Assembly (NCBI GenBank): GCA_030704615.1
Contig: CM060731.1
Location: 32,240,001 to 32,304,000, forward strand
Direction of reading: 5' to 3'
Source: Takakia lepidozioides
Lineage: Eukaryota; Plantae; Bryophyta
DNA length: 64,000 nt
Part shown: positions 13,362-25,600 of the stretch, piece by piece
How positions within the stretch are numbered: position 1 is the stretch's first letter
Layout: every line of letters begins with the position of its first letter
Translations under genes and position numbers: made by a program
Notes under the pieces: model-generated
What the model was told of the DNA's origin: nothing
The model's input: only the letters and a program-made list of their open reading frames with translations
The model's database searches: none

Positions 13362-14254
13362 ACTCGACCCCCCCCTCTGTACATCTTGATCGTCGTGCTG
13401 CGCTTAGGGAGGCGATGTGCTCATGCGATGGTCAAGCACGCGGCCACTGCACCCATTACCGACTATGAGAGGCTAAGAGAAGCTAACATTGCTCGCATCA
13501 AGCTCGTTGAAGCGGAGCTGCTGAAAGACATAGCACAGTGAATTCACTTTTGAACTATCAAAGTCACTCTTTCCGCAAAGGTTTGCAGCTTGCGGAGCTT
13601 GATTTCATGCAATGTAGGCAGCTTTGTGAGTTCCTAAGACACCATGAAGAGGATGAGATGAGTATGAGCGCAGTGTAGGTTATGCTCGCATGGTGGAGTG
13701 GGCGGGAGATCGCCTCATGTCGCGAGTCGTGAAAGTGGCTACACTTTTAGGGTTGAGGGGTGCATTAGTTCGTCATCTCCTCCATTATGTTTTCTTTGTC
13801 ATGTTACACTCAGGGAACTAGTGGTTGGTTTATGGTTTACAACACCTTCCATGGGGCGTCCAATGCAGGATTGTGGGAGAGAAGCCAAAGCGTGCAAGAC
13901 GACGGCCACCAGCCCGCCCCTCTGGTCCCCCAAGACGCAGTAGAAGAATAGAGTCCATGGCCCCCCCCACACGGAGATATGCAATTGATGAGGACGATGA
14001 GGACGACCTCTGTGTGCCTGCAATGGAGCACATTGGGGACTCCGACGAAGACATGCCCGACGGTGAACCCGCCCCAGCCACCATCTCGCACAAACGCCCA
14101 GCAGCTGCGGAGTCTCCATCTGTAAGTACCCAGCTCAGTGTAGGTCATGTGTAAGTATCCAGCCAAATAGAAAAACTGCCCGTCCACAGTTGCAGTGCCC
14201 CAATGTTGCATTGCCCCAATTTTGAAAGTACTTGCCAAGTACTTTATGGAAAGG

Positions 14255-14530
14255 AAGGAAATGAAATGAAATGCAATGGTGCTTTATAACGTCCGCGGAA
14301 AGCTCATAGAGCTTGTGGGACAAAATGGAAGAAAACATGAGAGAGGAACAAATCTAGAAACCACAATTAATGTTCACGCGATTGTCTAAAGGTGAAGGCC
14401 TCGTGCAGGTAGGCTGCCAAGCATTTTTTATCCTCATAGTGGAAGACATCAGTGAGAGTTTGGGTTCCACTGAATAAAGTAAAAAAAGTATGACGCCTCC
14501 CGAAGGGAGCGTAACCACATCCAACGTGGT
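14255..14530 (-). mobile_element. 3' fragment of a second LINE family (family B, (CATTT)n tail)
   Basis: ..LTDVFHYEDKKCLAAYLHEAF.. followed by gacgttataaagcaccattgcatttcatttcatttc; the same tail occurs at about 18085-18115 and 19596-19629. Confidence 0.7.
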
Positions 14531-15399
14531 ATGTGCCCATTACCACTGGACTGCTGGTTGTCTGGAAAGGAAGAATACATACCCCATTACAGGGGGGCAA
14601 ACACAGTGCATGAGAATATGGTGGTTGCATTTGCCAAAAATAAGCAATTGAATTGACCTCTCTAGCATTCCAGGGGGAAGAGGCATTGGTAACATGCCAA
14701 AAAAAGGTGAAAGCCACCCATTCCCTAAAACCATGCACCGGACGCGCAACAAGAGTGACGTGGCATGACTTGGACCAGGCTCACGCCACGTCAGCATCAG
14801 CGCCATGTCGGCTGTGTGAGCGTAGGCTCACGCCACGTCATTGTTGTGTGCCAGACTCACGCGGTAGCGTCGTTGCATTGCAGGTTGAGGGTAGCTATGA
14901 GGCAGCTGCTAGAAAGAAGGATGAGGGGGTGGAGAATGGCCATAGGCATGCTCTGCATAACCAGATGGGGGTCGGGGGTATTGAGAGTGAGGGTCATAGT
15001 GTGTCGGATGGGGAAAAGCATGAGGGTAATGTGTGAATGGAGGATAACTGGCAAGAGGCCGGGTGGGAGGCCGTTTGGAGGGTGGAGTCTTGCCCACAGG
15101 AGGGTTCACCTGTTTCAGCAAACCATGCCCCGATGGGCTGCCCTGTGTGGCAGCGCTGGGTCCACCAACCGCTGCATGCTTCTTCCTCGCCTGCTATTAC
15201 ATTTGGTCGATTTTCTGCCCAAGACCTGCATGACTTCTTGGTAAATGGCACCTGATTTCTATTTTGTCATTGTATGATCCTCATTACCAATGTGCTCCCC
15301 TGGTGGTTGTGTGAGGGCTGAGTTTTTGCCAATTGTCTAGGGTGAGTTTTGACCAGCATTGTGTTGACATATTGTGCACCCAACCAATTTCCTATTCAT

Positions 15400-15574
15400 A
15401 CCATGGTAGAGTCCTTGTTTTTGCCCATAATACGGGTATGCACCCGGGTATTGCCTTGGCAATACCAGCCGGTCCGGTTATCAACCATAGTATTGGAATT
15501 GCCAATACCAGCGGGGTCGGTTATTCAATACCCTGGTTGATACCCGGCCAGACCCTATATACCAGTCCAACACT
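15400..15574. mobile_element. Possible non-autonomous hAT-like end
   Basis: Clustered AATACC/GGTATT/CGGGTAT motifs ending in AACACTG (reverse complement CAGTGTT); matching other end not found. Confidence 0.35.
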
Positions 15575-15791
15575 GATGTAAACCTGCCCAGATCCTTAAC
15601 ACTAGAAGGCACAAGACGGAGAGGGACAGGGTTAACCACCTGACTAATGTCTTGTGCCTTATAAAAGGAATAATGTAACCAAATGGCAGCTGGAAAGCAA
15701 ACCATTTACACTGACTTGATCTACTCCCTATAGCCATTCTCTCCAGACAACACTGCTCAGAAAACTTTAAAAAGGCTACAACAACGAGTCT

Positions 15792-18700
15792 TCAAACCAT
15801 TTCATAATTTACCGCATGTGTGCCATCCAAAACAGGCATTAAAACGTCCATAAGTACTAGGTTGAATTGAGGAGGCAAGTCTTTTCCGCTGCCAGCATCC
15901 TTGATAAGGGCGTAGCACTGCAGTATATCAAGTGCCTCTCTGTTGTTACGTGCGACTGTACCATCACAATCCAGCTTCTCAAACAAGCACTGTCCTATCC
16001 TCAGGTTGACTGGATCATCTTCTACAAGTAACATCTGCCCATCCAAACAACCTTTTATATAATGCTGCAGCCCCTCTTTCTCCACCATCAGGATTGCACT
16101 GCAGGAAAGGCAACTGTAACCTTTCCCTCCATGAACCATAACGTAACATCGGGACTCATGCTGATCTGTGTCCAGGTTAACCCTACAACATGATTCAGCT
16201 TACACTCCCCCTTTCTTTTAGACAAGTGGAATAGAGATGAGAAAAAACTTAACAAGAAAGTGTGAGGGCATAGTACCAGCGACACAGCGAATTTCATCAT
16301 GTTGAATAATCCCCTGCCAAAACCATATTGAAAGAAGGCCAAAGGGGAGTGATGGAGTGCCGCTCAGCTCAACAGCTCACTTATTTGATTTTCGATTACT
16401 GGTGACGCTGTGAGTGCAGTATGAGAAGACCTTGGAATTGATGCCTGCAGAAACATGGCAGATGTTTTACGCTGTTAGGTGGTAAATCCAATTGTCTAAG
16501 GTCCCACAATTGTGATATTCATGCCTCTGAGCTGAAACAGGGTCAGGATTATCTTGCATTGTACAGAGGTCAGTTGAGAGTAAGAATCCCATTTGTGTAT
16601 TCTCCCAAAATTTGACACACACATAAGGAAAAATAAGCTGATTGAGTCCACCGTTCCTAGTGCATGTTGGCTATAAAATAGGTGCCCTTAGGGGGTCATA
16701 GTCTCATGGGGGACTAACCCCAGGAGCTCATTATTGGGTGTCAAGCCACTAGGGTATATTTTGATCCAGGTCCACCCTTACAGATAGAAAAGGAAGCTTC
16801 AATTCCAGAGAGACACACCTGGACTTGTTCATGTGGACCCTCAGGCCTCATCTTCTCCATTCCATCGCCAGTATCTGATCCCCAGAGGTGTGAGGCCAGG
16901 CCTCCCTTGCCCTTGTGATGACGTTGCATTCGTTCCAAAGCAATTGGAACTGCAAGGACTCCCTTTGAAGAGAAATGACTGACCCTGCCAGCCGTTGCAT
17001 GCCATTGTTGGCTGGGTGCAAATCCTTGGGAAGGTGGATGAACATCGGAATGCTTTCCACTCCAGATTTGCCTAACTTCTGCCTCAGCAAACTTCGGATT
17101 TAATCTGTTCTGATTCGGTATAAGCGGATGCAGGTATTCCCCATCATGTTGCTGCAATGAAACTTCAGATGATGATTCATGCTGTGATGCCAGAGTGTGA
17201 GACAGGGAGAGAGATAGAAAGTTCTCCAGACGCATGTGCTAATGTCCATGGAGTGCTGCTACATGGACAATAATGTGCTGAAAGGCACTGTTTCCCTATT
17301 GAAGTAAACAGACAAATGCTACTCAGTAGGTATCCACAAGACGTGGTTCCGAATTAGCTGGAGCAGCACACGTGTCCTTACCACCAGGACCACTTCAAGT
17401 CCAATACAACGAATTAAGAACAGAAACGCCATCGATGAATTTAACTCAGCGTCACTCTTTGTTCTGAATATTCTGCCAGCTTTCTCACCAGCAAGGAAGG
17501 AATCTCACCCGTGTTTGAAAGCTGAGAGTGTCTTGCTCCACCCACGCATACCATCTGTCAACTTGGAACGAGAAAGGTGAGCCTAACTACAATTAGGCGT
17601 CCCTACACATTGGCTGCAATACATATTATTCTTCAAACCCCAATGAACCGTCTCAATCAATGCACAGTCAAGTCCTTCCTAGACTAAATATTGAAAATCC
17701 GGTTTCACGATTTCTCCTGGTGGACGATGACTGTTACCCAATCTTCATCTGCAAGGGCATTTGAGATTTTCCTAATCTCCCAATGAGGCTTTCCGGTTGT
17801 TTAAATCTGGCCATGCAGGCTCCTGCATATGGTTACAGGAGAAATGTTCCCTTATGCCAGTGCCTTTACGCTTGATGGGTAGTCTAAAGTCAGAGTCTGG
17901 AAACAACAAGTACGCATATGGAAAAATTGTTGATGAGGCCAACCAGCCCTGCGGTGAACCCTACAGATGTCAGGGGCCTATAATTGTCTCATTTCCTAGG
18001 GATTTCTTCAAATCTCCACTGCCAAAAAGAAACTCTGGGTTGCCGCATCTTGAGAAATGTACCCAAGAGAGAGGGAGAAGTGAAAGAAATGAAATGACAC
18101 TTTATAATGTCAGAAGCTCAAAGGGCTTAGGGGACAAGAGAAAGCAGGAAACAAGGAACAGAGTGGGGCCCTCAACAAGCAGCCCACTATTGATCAAGGG
18201 ATTGTGGAAGATGTAACATCTCATGCAGATATGTGGCCAAGCATTTCCGATCCTCTGTGGACCACCTCTGTAAGGGATTCGCTATCTCAGAATAGGCAAT
18301 AGTCTTTCCCCCAGATCTCATAGTAGAGAGGACAGTGAAAGAAGACATGTTCTTCAGTTTGTGACGAACAGTTCATCAGTTCTTCAAGAATGTCGTTTTT
18401 CAAAGAAAGAAACTTCATAACGCCCACAGGGGCCATGAGGGCCCTTGAGATAGGGAGAAAGAAGGAAAGGGCTTCAAAGACCATCAACAAAAGCAATTGT
18501 AAATCAGGCATAAATCGTTGCTTGAAGAGGGAATGTGGGGAGAGAGAATGTACTCATAAGACGACGTCTACGGTAGCCTTGTGGCCATAGACACCGCACC
18601 CAGTTTGGGCGGAACAAAAGGAAACTGACACTACCTTTGTGAGGGGCTCACTCCAGTAGTGGGACTTACTGTGCTATGAACAATTTGTTTGAGCTTTCCA

Positions 18701-20400
18701 GATTAGAAAGCCCTTCACACAAACATCAATCTGCTGTGTGTGTCTGCCCAGCATTTAGGCCCCAACAGGGCCAGGGCTTTAGCCTCAGCCTCTAGATTTT
18801 GAAAGTTGGTGAACAGAGGTGCAGGGACTATGTTCTTGATTTGCTCTCTGATGAGAAATAGAGTAGAAACATGTATATTGGGGATAAGTGTAGAGAGAGA
18901 ATGTACTCATAAGACATTGTTTGCAGCAGCCTTGTGGCCATTGACCCCGCGCCCAGTTTGAGCGGAACACAAAGGTACCCAGGACAATGAGTCAGAAAAT
19001 GAATATTGTCTTCAGGTTGCCCACACGACGGGCATTTGCAATCCCCCTATCCTCTCTGCATCTGTTTGCTGTTCAAAGAGAGGTTTCCCACCCTGAGTTT
19101 AAATTTCAGTCTAGTGCCGAAAGTGGGCAAACCCATGAGGTCATCCATGACGGCCTCCCCCATGTCACAGACTGGAAACAAGTTCAGGGAAGTTTTCTGC
19201 CTAACTTCATTGTCATCAGACAATTTCCTTGCAACAGACATGGCTTTGGACACTACAGCCTCTAAGTCAGATTTATCCAGCAGGGTCAAGACTTGCGGAC
19301 TTGGATTCAGATCCTTGAGAATCTCTTCTACCCTCTTCCGCCAGGACTTAGAGTGTTTGACAGGGCGATCCTGCTTCCAAGATATAGAGTCGATTAACTT
19401 AGGATATCTGATATAGTCATAAGTTGCAGCTGACCCCACCATCTGACCTTGAATTCATCTCGTCGGGAGCTTAAGGGAGGGATGCCAAAATCACCCCAAA
19501 CAGCCACATTAGCTGTAGCTCAAGGAGTGTATGTGGAGAGAGAGAGAGAGAGAAATGAAATGAATTGGTACTTATAACTTTATAAGACAGAGAGAAATGA
19601 AATGAAATGAAATGGTGCTTTATAACGTCATAAGACAGAGAGAGAGAGAATGTACTCATGAGACGTTGTTTGCTGTAGCCGTGTGGCCATAGAAAATGAA
19701 GAGAGAGAGAGAAAGATACCTGGTGCCAATAGCTCGACCAGATGCTTTGACAGTGGTGTAAGAACGGTTTTTCCGCATGCGGCGGTAAACTGTACAGCCT
19801 CCAAACACTGAACCTTCCTCCCTTAATTGTAGCATCTGCATAAGATCACAAGAACAACCCTTGAGATTTAAATCTTTTGTGCAGACTAACATTTTATAAC
19901 TTCTCAATGACGGTAAATGCCAGACAGTCAAGGAATACACAACAAAATTGTCGCATGTTCAACTGGAGAAACCATTGGATCCAGTGATGCTGTACCGAAC
20001 CTTAGCTTGCAGACTATGTACCAAATTCAAAAGATTCAAATAAAAGATTGAACTGACACCCAGCAGATTATTGCTGTCTAGATGAAGTCTAAGTAGGTCT
20101 TCATGAAGGAATCTACTTGAATCTACTTGATTACTTCTCCTCTCATAACTGGAGGGGGAAAGACATGTCCTTCACTAAATTCGTGCTTGCTTAGCCACCA
20201 CACACGTAAATGGTATCCCATTGAAATGGATGATGGGGAAAGATGTGGGGCTGAAAGTGCCTGCTGAACGATGGGGATGTCATCTGGGTGGCAGCCAGAC
20301 CAGGCAGGTGTTCCAAGAAGCTCCTGAGCCATCCATCCCATGGTGCCCTTGGCACTGCGGGACACAAAACAAAGCTGCCACTGTTCACCCATGCCCCATT
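15792..20400 (-). pseudogene. Relic of a PAS-domain / receiver-domain (hybrid histidine kinase-like) gene
   Basis: Receiver N-half LLVEDDPVNLRIG..FNLVLMDVLMPVLDG (15792-16040); PAS pieces FVSRSAKGTMGWMAQELLGTPAWSGCHPDD (~20270-20370) and TVYRRMRKNRSYTTVKASGR (~19720-19835). No kinase domain recognised; interrupted by LINE debris. Confidence 0.55.
18075..19715 (-). mobile_element. Nested cluster of LINE 3' fragments (families A and B) in (GA)n tracts
   Basis: Family B 18075-18370 (EEHVFFHCPLYYEI); family A ends at ~18548-18870, ~18900-19515 and ~19649-19690; family B micro-tails at 19550-19629. Confidence 0.85.
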
Positions 20401-21159
20401 TCCACACATTCATCTACCTATCTCAGTTGTGCGTTGTACACCATGTTAGTAGTAGCCACAATATGGTCCCAGTCCGGTGATGTGATTAAAAACTTGAAAA
20501 CGTCTTCACCTTTCCCAAGTCACCTGTCCTTTGTGTGTTGCCCTATGAGGACCTTCCAGGTTGGTTATGACTTGACCTCATGAATAGCCTTTCTCGAGGA
20601 AAAGAATGTCGCTCTGTGACTCTAAAACTGCAGTTCCAAGCATTATCGAGTGCACTATCTGAAGAGACAAGATAAAAGTGATCCCCTGTAGTTGTGAAAT
20701 TCAGGTTCCATCTATCATGAAGTGCGTACTTATATAATTTGGTCAAGCTCTTAGGCCAAACCCTACAGCTCTGATTACTTTCATTTCTCATTTCCTGGTT
20801 ATCGTCCATGCAAAGGTACCAAAAGTGCTAGGTTGGTTGACAGGGTTGAGATGGACCTGGCTGCAGTCAGCGACATAGATAGTCCAGGGTGAACTAGCAC
20901 TGAGCATTAGAATCTCAGTGACTGATGAAAGGTCCAGTGTGTCCATCGCGGCCTCAGCCAGCCAGGCATCCGCGCCCAGCAATCTACCACTCCCAATGCG
21001 AAAAAAATTATATCAGATGACTGCATTTGAAGTTGTTATCGTTTCTGGTTTTTTGCCTGTCCTCTCTTATGAAAGTATAAGGACCGCAGCCTGCCCCCTA
21101 AGTAAGAGACGAAAACATCTCACACAATTGCTCACTCACAGACAACTCAGCGACCTTAG

Positions 21160-21780
21160 GAACTAAGAGACTCAAGCTCCAATACGAACCAAAGCAGAAC
21201 CCCTCTCCAAAATTCCACAAATGCAACAATGCGCAGGGTCGTGCACAGGGAGTGGACTTCTCTACTCCGTTTTTTTGGGGGGCACAAGGGAAAGAGACAC
21301 AAGTTTTTCTGACTACACTTTGATTTTCCATAGACTGGGGTATACATGAAAAGAGTATGGCCTGTAGCCAAGAAGGGCAAGAAACCTAACTGTTTGGCGG
21401 TCAGAGTGGGAGCGCTGAGGTCGGTACACTTGATGATGAGCGCTTCCAGACAGCGGAGCTCCAGCTGCAACTTGCGCACCTGGGCCTTGCTACCTCCCGC
21501 TTGCAGCTGCTCATCCAGCCCCTGCAGACACCTCCTGTAGATCTGCATGCGCTCTGCCATCGCCGATACCTCGCAGCACTGCAACAAGCAGTTGGGACTA
21601 GTCCTGCCTCCACGACGTGGTTCGTTAGTGCGTCATTAGTTTGTGATTAGTTTAGGTTTAATACTTAGTTAGTGTGTGTTTAGTTATTGATTAGTGTTTG
21701 ATTAGTGTATGATTGCTTAGTTAGTGCATTATAAGTGCGTGAATGTTGCATGATTAGTAGCACCTCTAGTATATATATTG
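21160..21780. mobile_element. Unclassified TE-like fragment
   Basis: GC-rich ORF-like stretch (21340-21620) followed by an array of TTAGT(G/T) motifs (21625-21760). Confidence 0.3.
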
Positions 21781-21999
21781 TCTATGTGTTGAGGAACGAG
21801 TGATGGAGGGCAAAAGAGCTTTCGTTGATCTGTTTCTTCCAAAATTCTCATGATACAGCTAAGAGTCTATATAGAGCGCCATAGGCTATCTTTCCTCCAG
21901 GCAAAACTCGTCCTTCCTTCTCCTTTCCTTTCACTCTCCTTATCTTTTTGACTGATGCAAGTAGAATTCGGTTGGCTTTGGCTGCCTTGTTTGTGATAG

Positions 22000-22157
22000 A
22001 TGTAGACATGGTGAACTGCGCTCAAAACGGGTTTGACGAGCTTGTGAGCAAGCCTTTGACCGTGGACAAGCTTGTGGAGTGCCTCAGAAATGTTAGCCAA
22101 GATACTACCAACAACCGTGATCTGGAAGCACTATCACTTTCCAACTCTACAACTTGA
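22000..22157 (+). pseudogene. Orphan exon encoding the C-terminal half of a receiver domain
   Basis: After an AG acceptor: DVDMVNCAQNGFDELVSKPLTVDKLVECL (G-x-D..SKP motif). Confidence 0.5.
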
Positions 22158-22675
22158 GGCTTTTCTTCAATTCAAAAATGCCGAGGGCACAAATTGGGCA
22201 CTTGCAACAGACCATCCCTAAGTAAACTTGTTCAAAGCTCAGACGTCTGGATATGGAACAAGGATGGAAGTCAGATGTTTCACTACCTCCCAGTGGGCAG
22301 TCTGTGAGAATTTATTAGCATTGCAGAGATTCCTAGGTTGGCTTGCAGTGACCACTGCCTTGCGACTGATTTGGGGCCCAGTCATGACAATAGGCATAAT
22401 ACACTTTCATTGACCACCCATGATGGCCTTGCAAGGTTTACTTCATAAGTTTATGACTGACAGCACAAGAATGTAAACCACAGTTACAATTAGTTGTGTG
22501 CATATATGCATGTAAGTGGCCAACCATAGCAAGTGGAGACAGAGAAGTGTTCCAGGAAGAATATGGTTTCCCAGCATAATATGAGACTGTCTCTAAGTAG
22601 ATACAATTATGCATGCACATAATTGAAAGCATTTATCTTAGAAACCACTATGGCAGCCGGGAGATGACATATGGA

Positions 22676-25600
22676 TCAAGCTTTATGATTGACTTCAGTG
22701 CCAATGTGATGTTGAAAGAGTGATGCCATCTCAATCTGCACAGCCAGTAACATAAAAAGATGATTGGTGCCTTCTCCCCTAACTCTGGTTAGGTGTTGAA
22801 ATTTCATCAAAGAGCAAGACCTGGAGTGCAAATGTCTTCTCTCTTGCACTCTAATTCTGCTTCCTTAGTCTGACTTTGCTGTTAAGGTTGCCATCCTGAA
22901 GGTGAAAAGCTCTGTGGAGAGCTCTGTGGAAGCCCAAATTACAACAGTTCCACTCCCTGAGCAGGCCTTCAGCAATGCGCCCATTGCCACAGACCACACA
23001 AGCAACCTGCTGTGCCTTGCAGAAAAGCACACCATGTACCTCTCTGCTTATGTCCATAAGTAAATTTTCCAGGTTACAAATCATGATTCCGAGTACCATA
23101 AACCTTTTCAAACTGTGAAGCCTGGACATAACATCTCACGAAATCCATGGAAATGTTAATGCTTGAGATTTACAGGAGTATACTAATCTAGTTCAGGACC
23201 CTGATAACTTGCCTGGCCATTAAGGGGTATGAGCTTGTGCTTACCGTCGTGATGGCAACTTCAGCCCCCTTGTTTCCAGCTTTCCCACCAGCTCGGTCGA
23301 TTGCCTGCACAGCAAATCTAGCAATTAGAAGACTTCCAGTACGAATGTGTCGTGAGTTTTGACGTTCTAGCAAATTCTTGGTGTTACAACGAACAGCTTT
23401 GAGACAAACACATAGGCCCTTCCTTGGGTCAGGGCGAAGGTAGGGTATGACAGAACTGCATGACGGGCTGCAGCTTATAGTGCCAACAGCATTTGGCAAA
23501 ATGTGGCCCAACCTGCTCCATGGTGTCACATGTCAGCACACCAAATATGCACGGCACCCCTGCCAAACACAAACACAAACACAAACACATCAACAGCTTA
23601 AAACTGAAATATCCTGCACTTATTTCATCTCATAGCTAGTACCTGAAACCGTATCATGCCTCTGCCTAGCTTCCTGGGATATCCACCTGTCTGGATCAAT
23701 GTCATAATCAAGTGCATCTCCACATTTTCTTCAGTCCTTTTACCCCGATCTCTTACTCCGAGTCACCTCTTGGAGGGTGAGATGGACAGGGAGTCCTACT
23801 AAAAATTGAGGAAGTAGGCCAGCTTTTGCAAGCAGTCAGTGCCAAGTGGTCTGTGTCTCGCTTGCTGTCCCTTTCTGCTCTGTCCAAATGGGGTCTATGG
23901 TGAACTCTATATTGAGACAAATCATAACAAGCACCCACACAAATACATGCGCACACGCACGCATACAGACACTCTCTTTCTCCTCTCTCGATCTACCTAT
24001 CATTTAATACACAGCCTGCTTTTCAAAGTGAAGTAAGAAGACACAGGACAATCTCTGGTTCAAGCATATTTAACACAATAAGACCTACCTGACTTCAGGC
24101 CAGCTGACATGATCCCGGAGGCAGCTGAGTTTGCAACAGCATCATAATGAGAGGTGGCCCCTCTTATCTGCATGCCTCAACATTCTTCAATACTGCTATC
24201 TAACCCTTACAATCTCTTTGATGAGCAGCAATAGAGGTGAACATACTGTGCAACATTGTGATCTTAATATTGTGATGGAGCATGGCATGCCTCAGCCCTG
24301 CTACATTGACCCTCATGGTGGAAATCTTCCCACTTGGGATCACAATCTCGGGATAAAACAGTTAAAGGTCAACAGACTGTCCACAGAGGGACTCTAGATA
24401 GTAGCAAACATAAATATGGCAAGAGAAACAAGTTCAATACAAGAAACATAAAGCTCTACAGTAGGATTGCCAGTTGGGCGCACTCTATCTTAAATCTTAA
24501 TTTTCTAAAAAGAAAGCAGTGAGACTCCAGATCAAAATTATTACAAAACCTCATCATAACACATCTCAGCAAAGCTGTGAAAGTAATCTGTGTGTAGGTG
24601 TGCTTACCACAGCTCCAATGCAAAGCACAGCATGGTAATTCTGAGATTTGGCCAGGGCCTGTGCAACAACTGGGATCTCAAAGCTCCCAGGCACCCAAAC
24701 CACCTGCCCTCCATTAATGCAAACCAATCATCAACTGCATCTACTCTGAGGATCCCACACTACTATACAGCATCAAAGTGGAGCTATGGAGAGCGCATCA
24801 CAGGAGGGGTAAATGGGTTGGTGTTGGAAATGCCTTTTCAACTTAAGGTTTCTAGTTTTCCTAGTTTGTCCATCCTCCAGTCCCCCTCCGTACATCACAA
24901 ATTCTCTCTCTCTCTCTCTCTCTCTCTCCCTCCCTCTCCCTGTCCTCTAGGAAGCCTATTGACATTGGGTGGACTTGATACAGGAGTACATTAATGTCTC
25001 TGTGACTAAATGCCGGCCTTGTGACCTTGTGTCCTTGTTTGTTTCGACCTGAAGCGCTTTGCTTCAGGTAAGGTAGTGCATTGGATTTAGTTGGAAAGCT
25101 TGGGGCCTTTCCCTCTTTAGAATATGCCTACACGGGCCATTCCCTGCAACTCCCTGGAGTGTGATCTCTGAATGGTAACAAGCGGACTCCTACCGCTTGG
25201 GGGCAGCCCCTCCGCCCAAATTGGGCAGTCGTATGCTCTGTCTAGCATACTCGGCACTTGGGCTCGGGTTGGTTCCTGTGCTTAAACTTATAGCCTGCGA
25301 CTTGATAACAGGGGTACGTTGAAGGTTGCAATGACCAAAAGTGCTTCTAATAGAGTCCCGCATCAATTCAATCTCAAAGAAGTTCGTCCCTTGACTGGCT
25401 GGAGAGCGGTCTTAGACATTGGTGATTCAATGGGGCGCTCTAGGAAGACAACCAAGGGCAACGACTTCAACTTGAGAGTTTCTAATCGGTTTGATGCTCT
25501 GGATGAGGTTGAATCCAAACAGCCAGAAGGACAAGATGCCCCTAAATGTACGGAACCTGAACGTCCTGAATCTGAAGGATTTGGTACTCTGAATGGTTTA

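Larger units (their letters stand above)
7996..15250 (-). mobile_element. Internally deleted CACTA (En/Spm) transposon with nested LINE insertions; right boundary approximate
   Basis: Terminus TACTACAACAGATCCCGGCTTTAACGTCT at 7996 matches the CACTA end at 63734 (25/29 nt). TNP2 pieces: CSCSEC..TIKNHLLLH (transposase-associated), WMYPVEREMKDFKGYV..PEGSMAEGY (DUF4218-like), YVGVIREILEIDY..QPFVLPSQVEQVFF (DUF4216-like). The catalytic core is absent. Confidence 0.8.
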
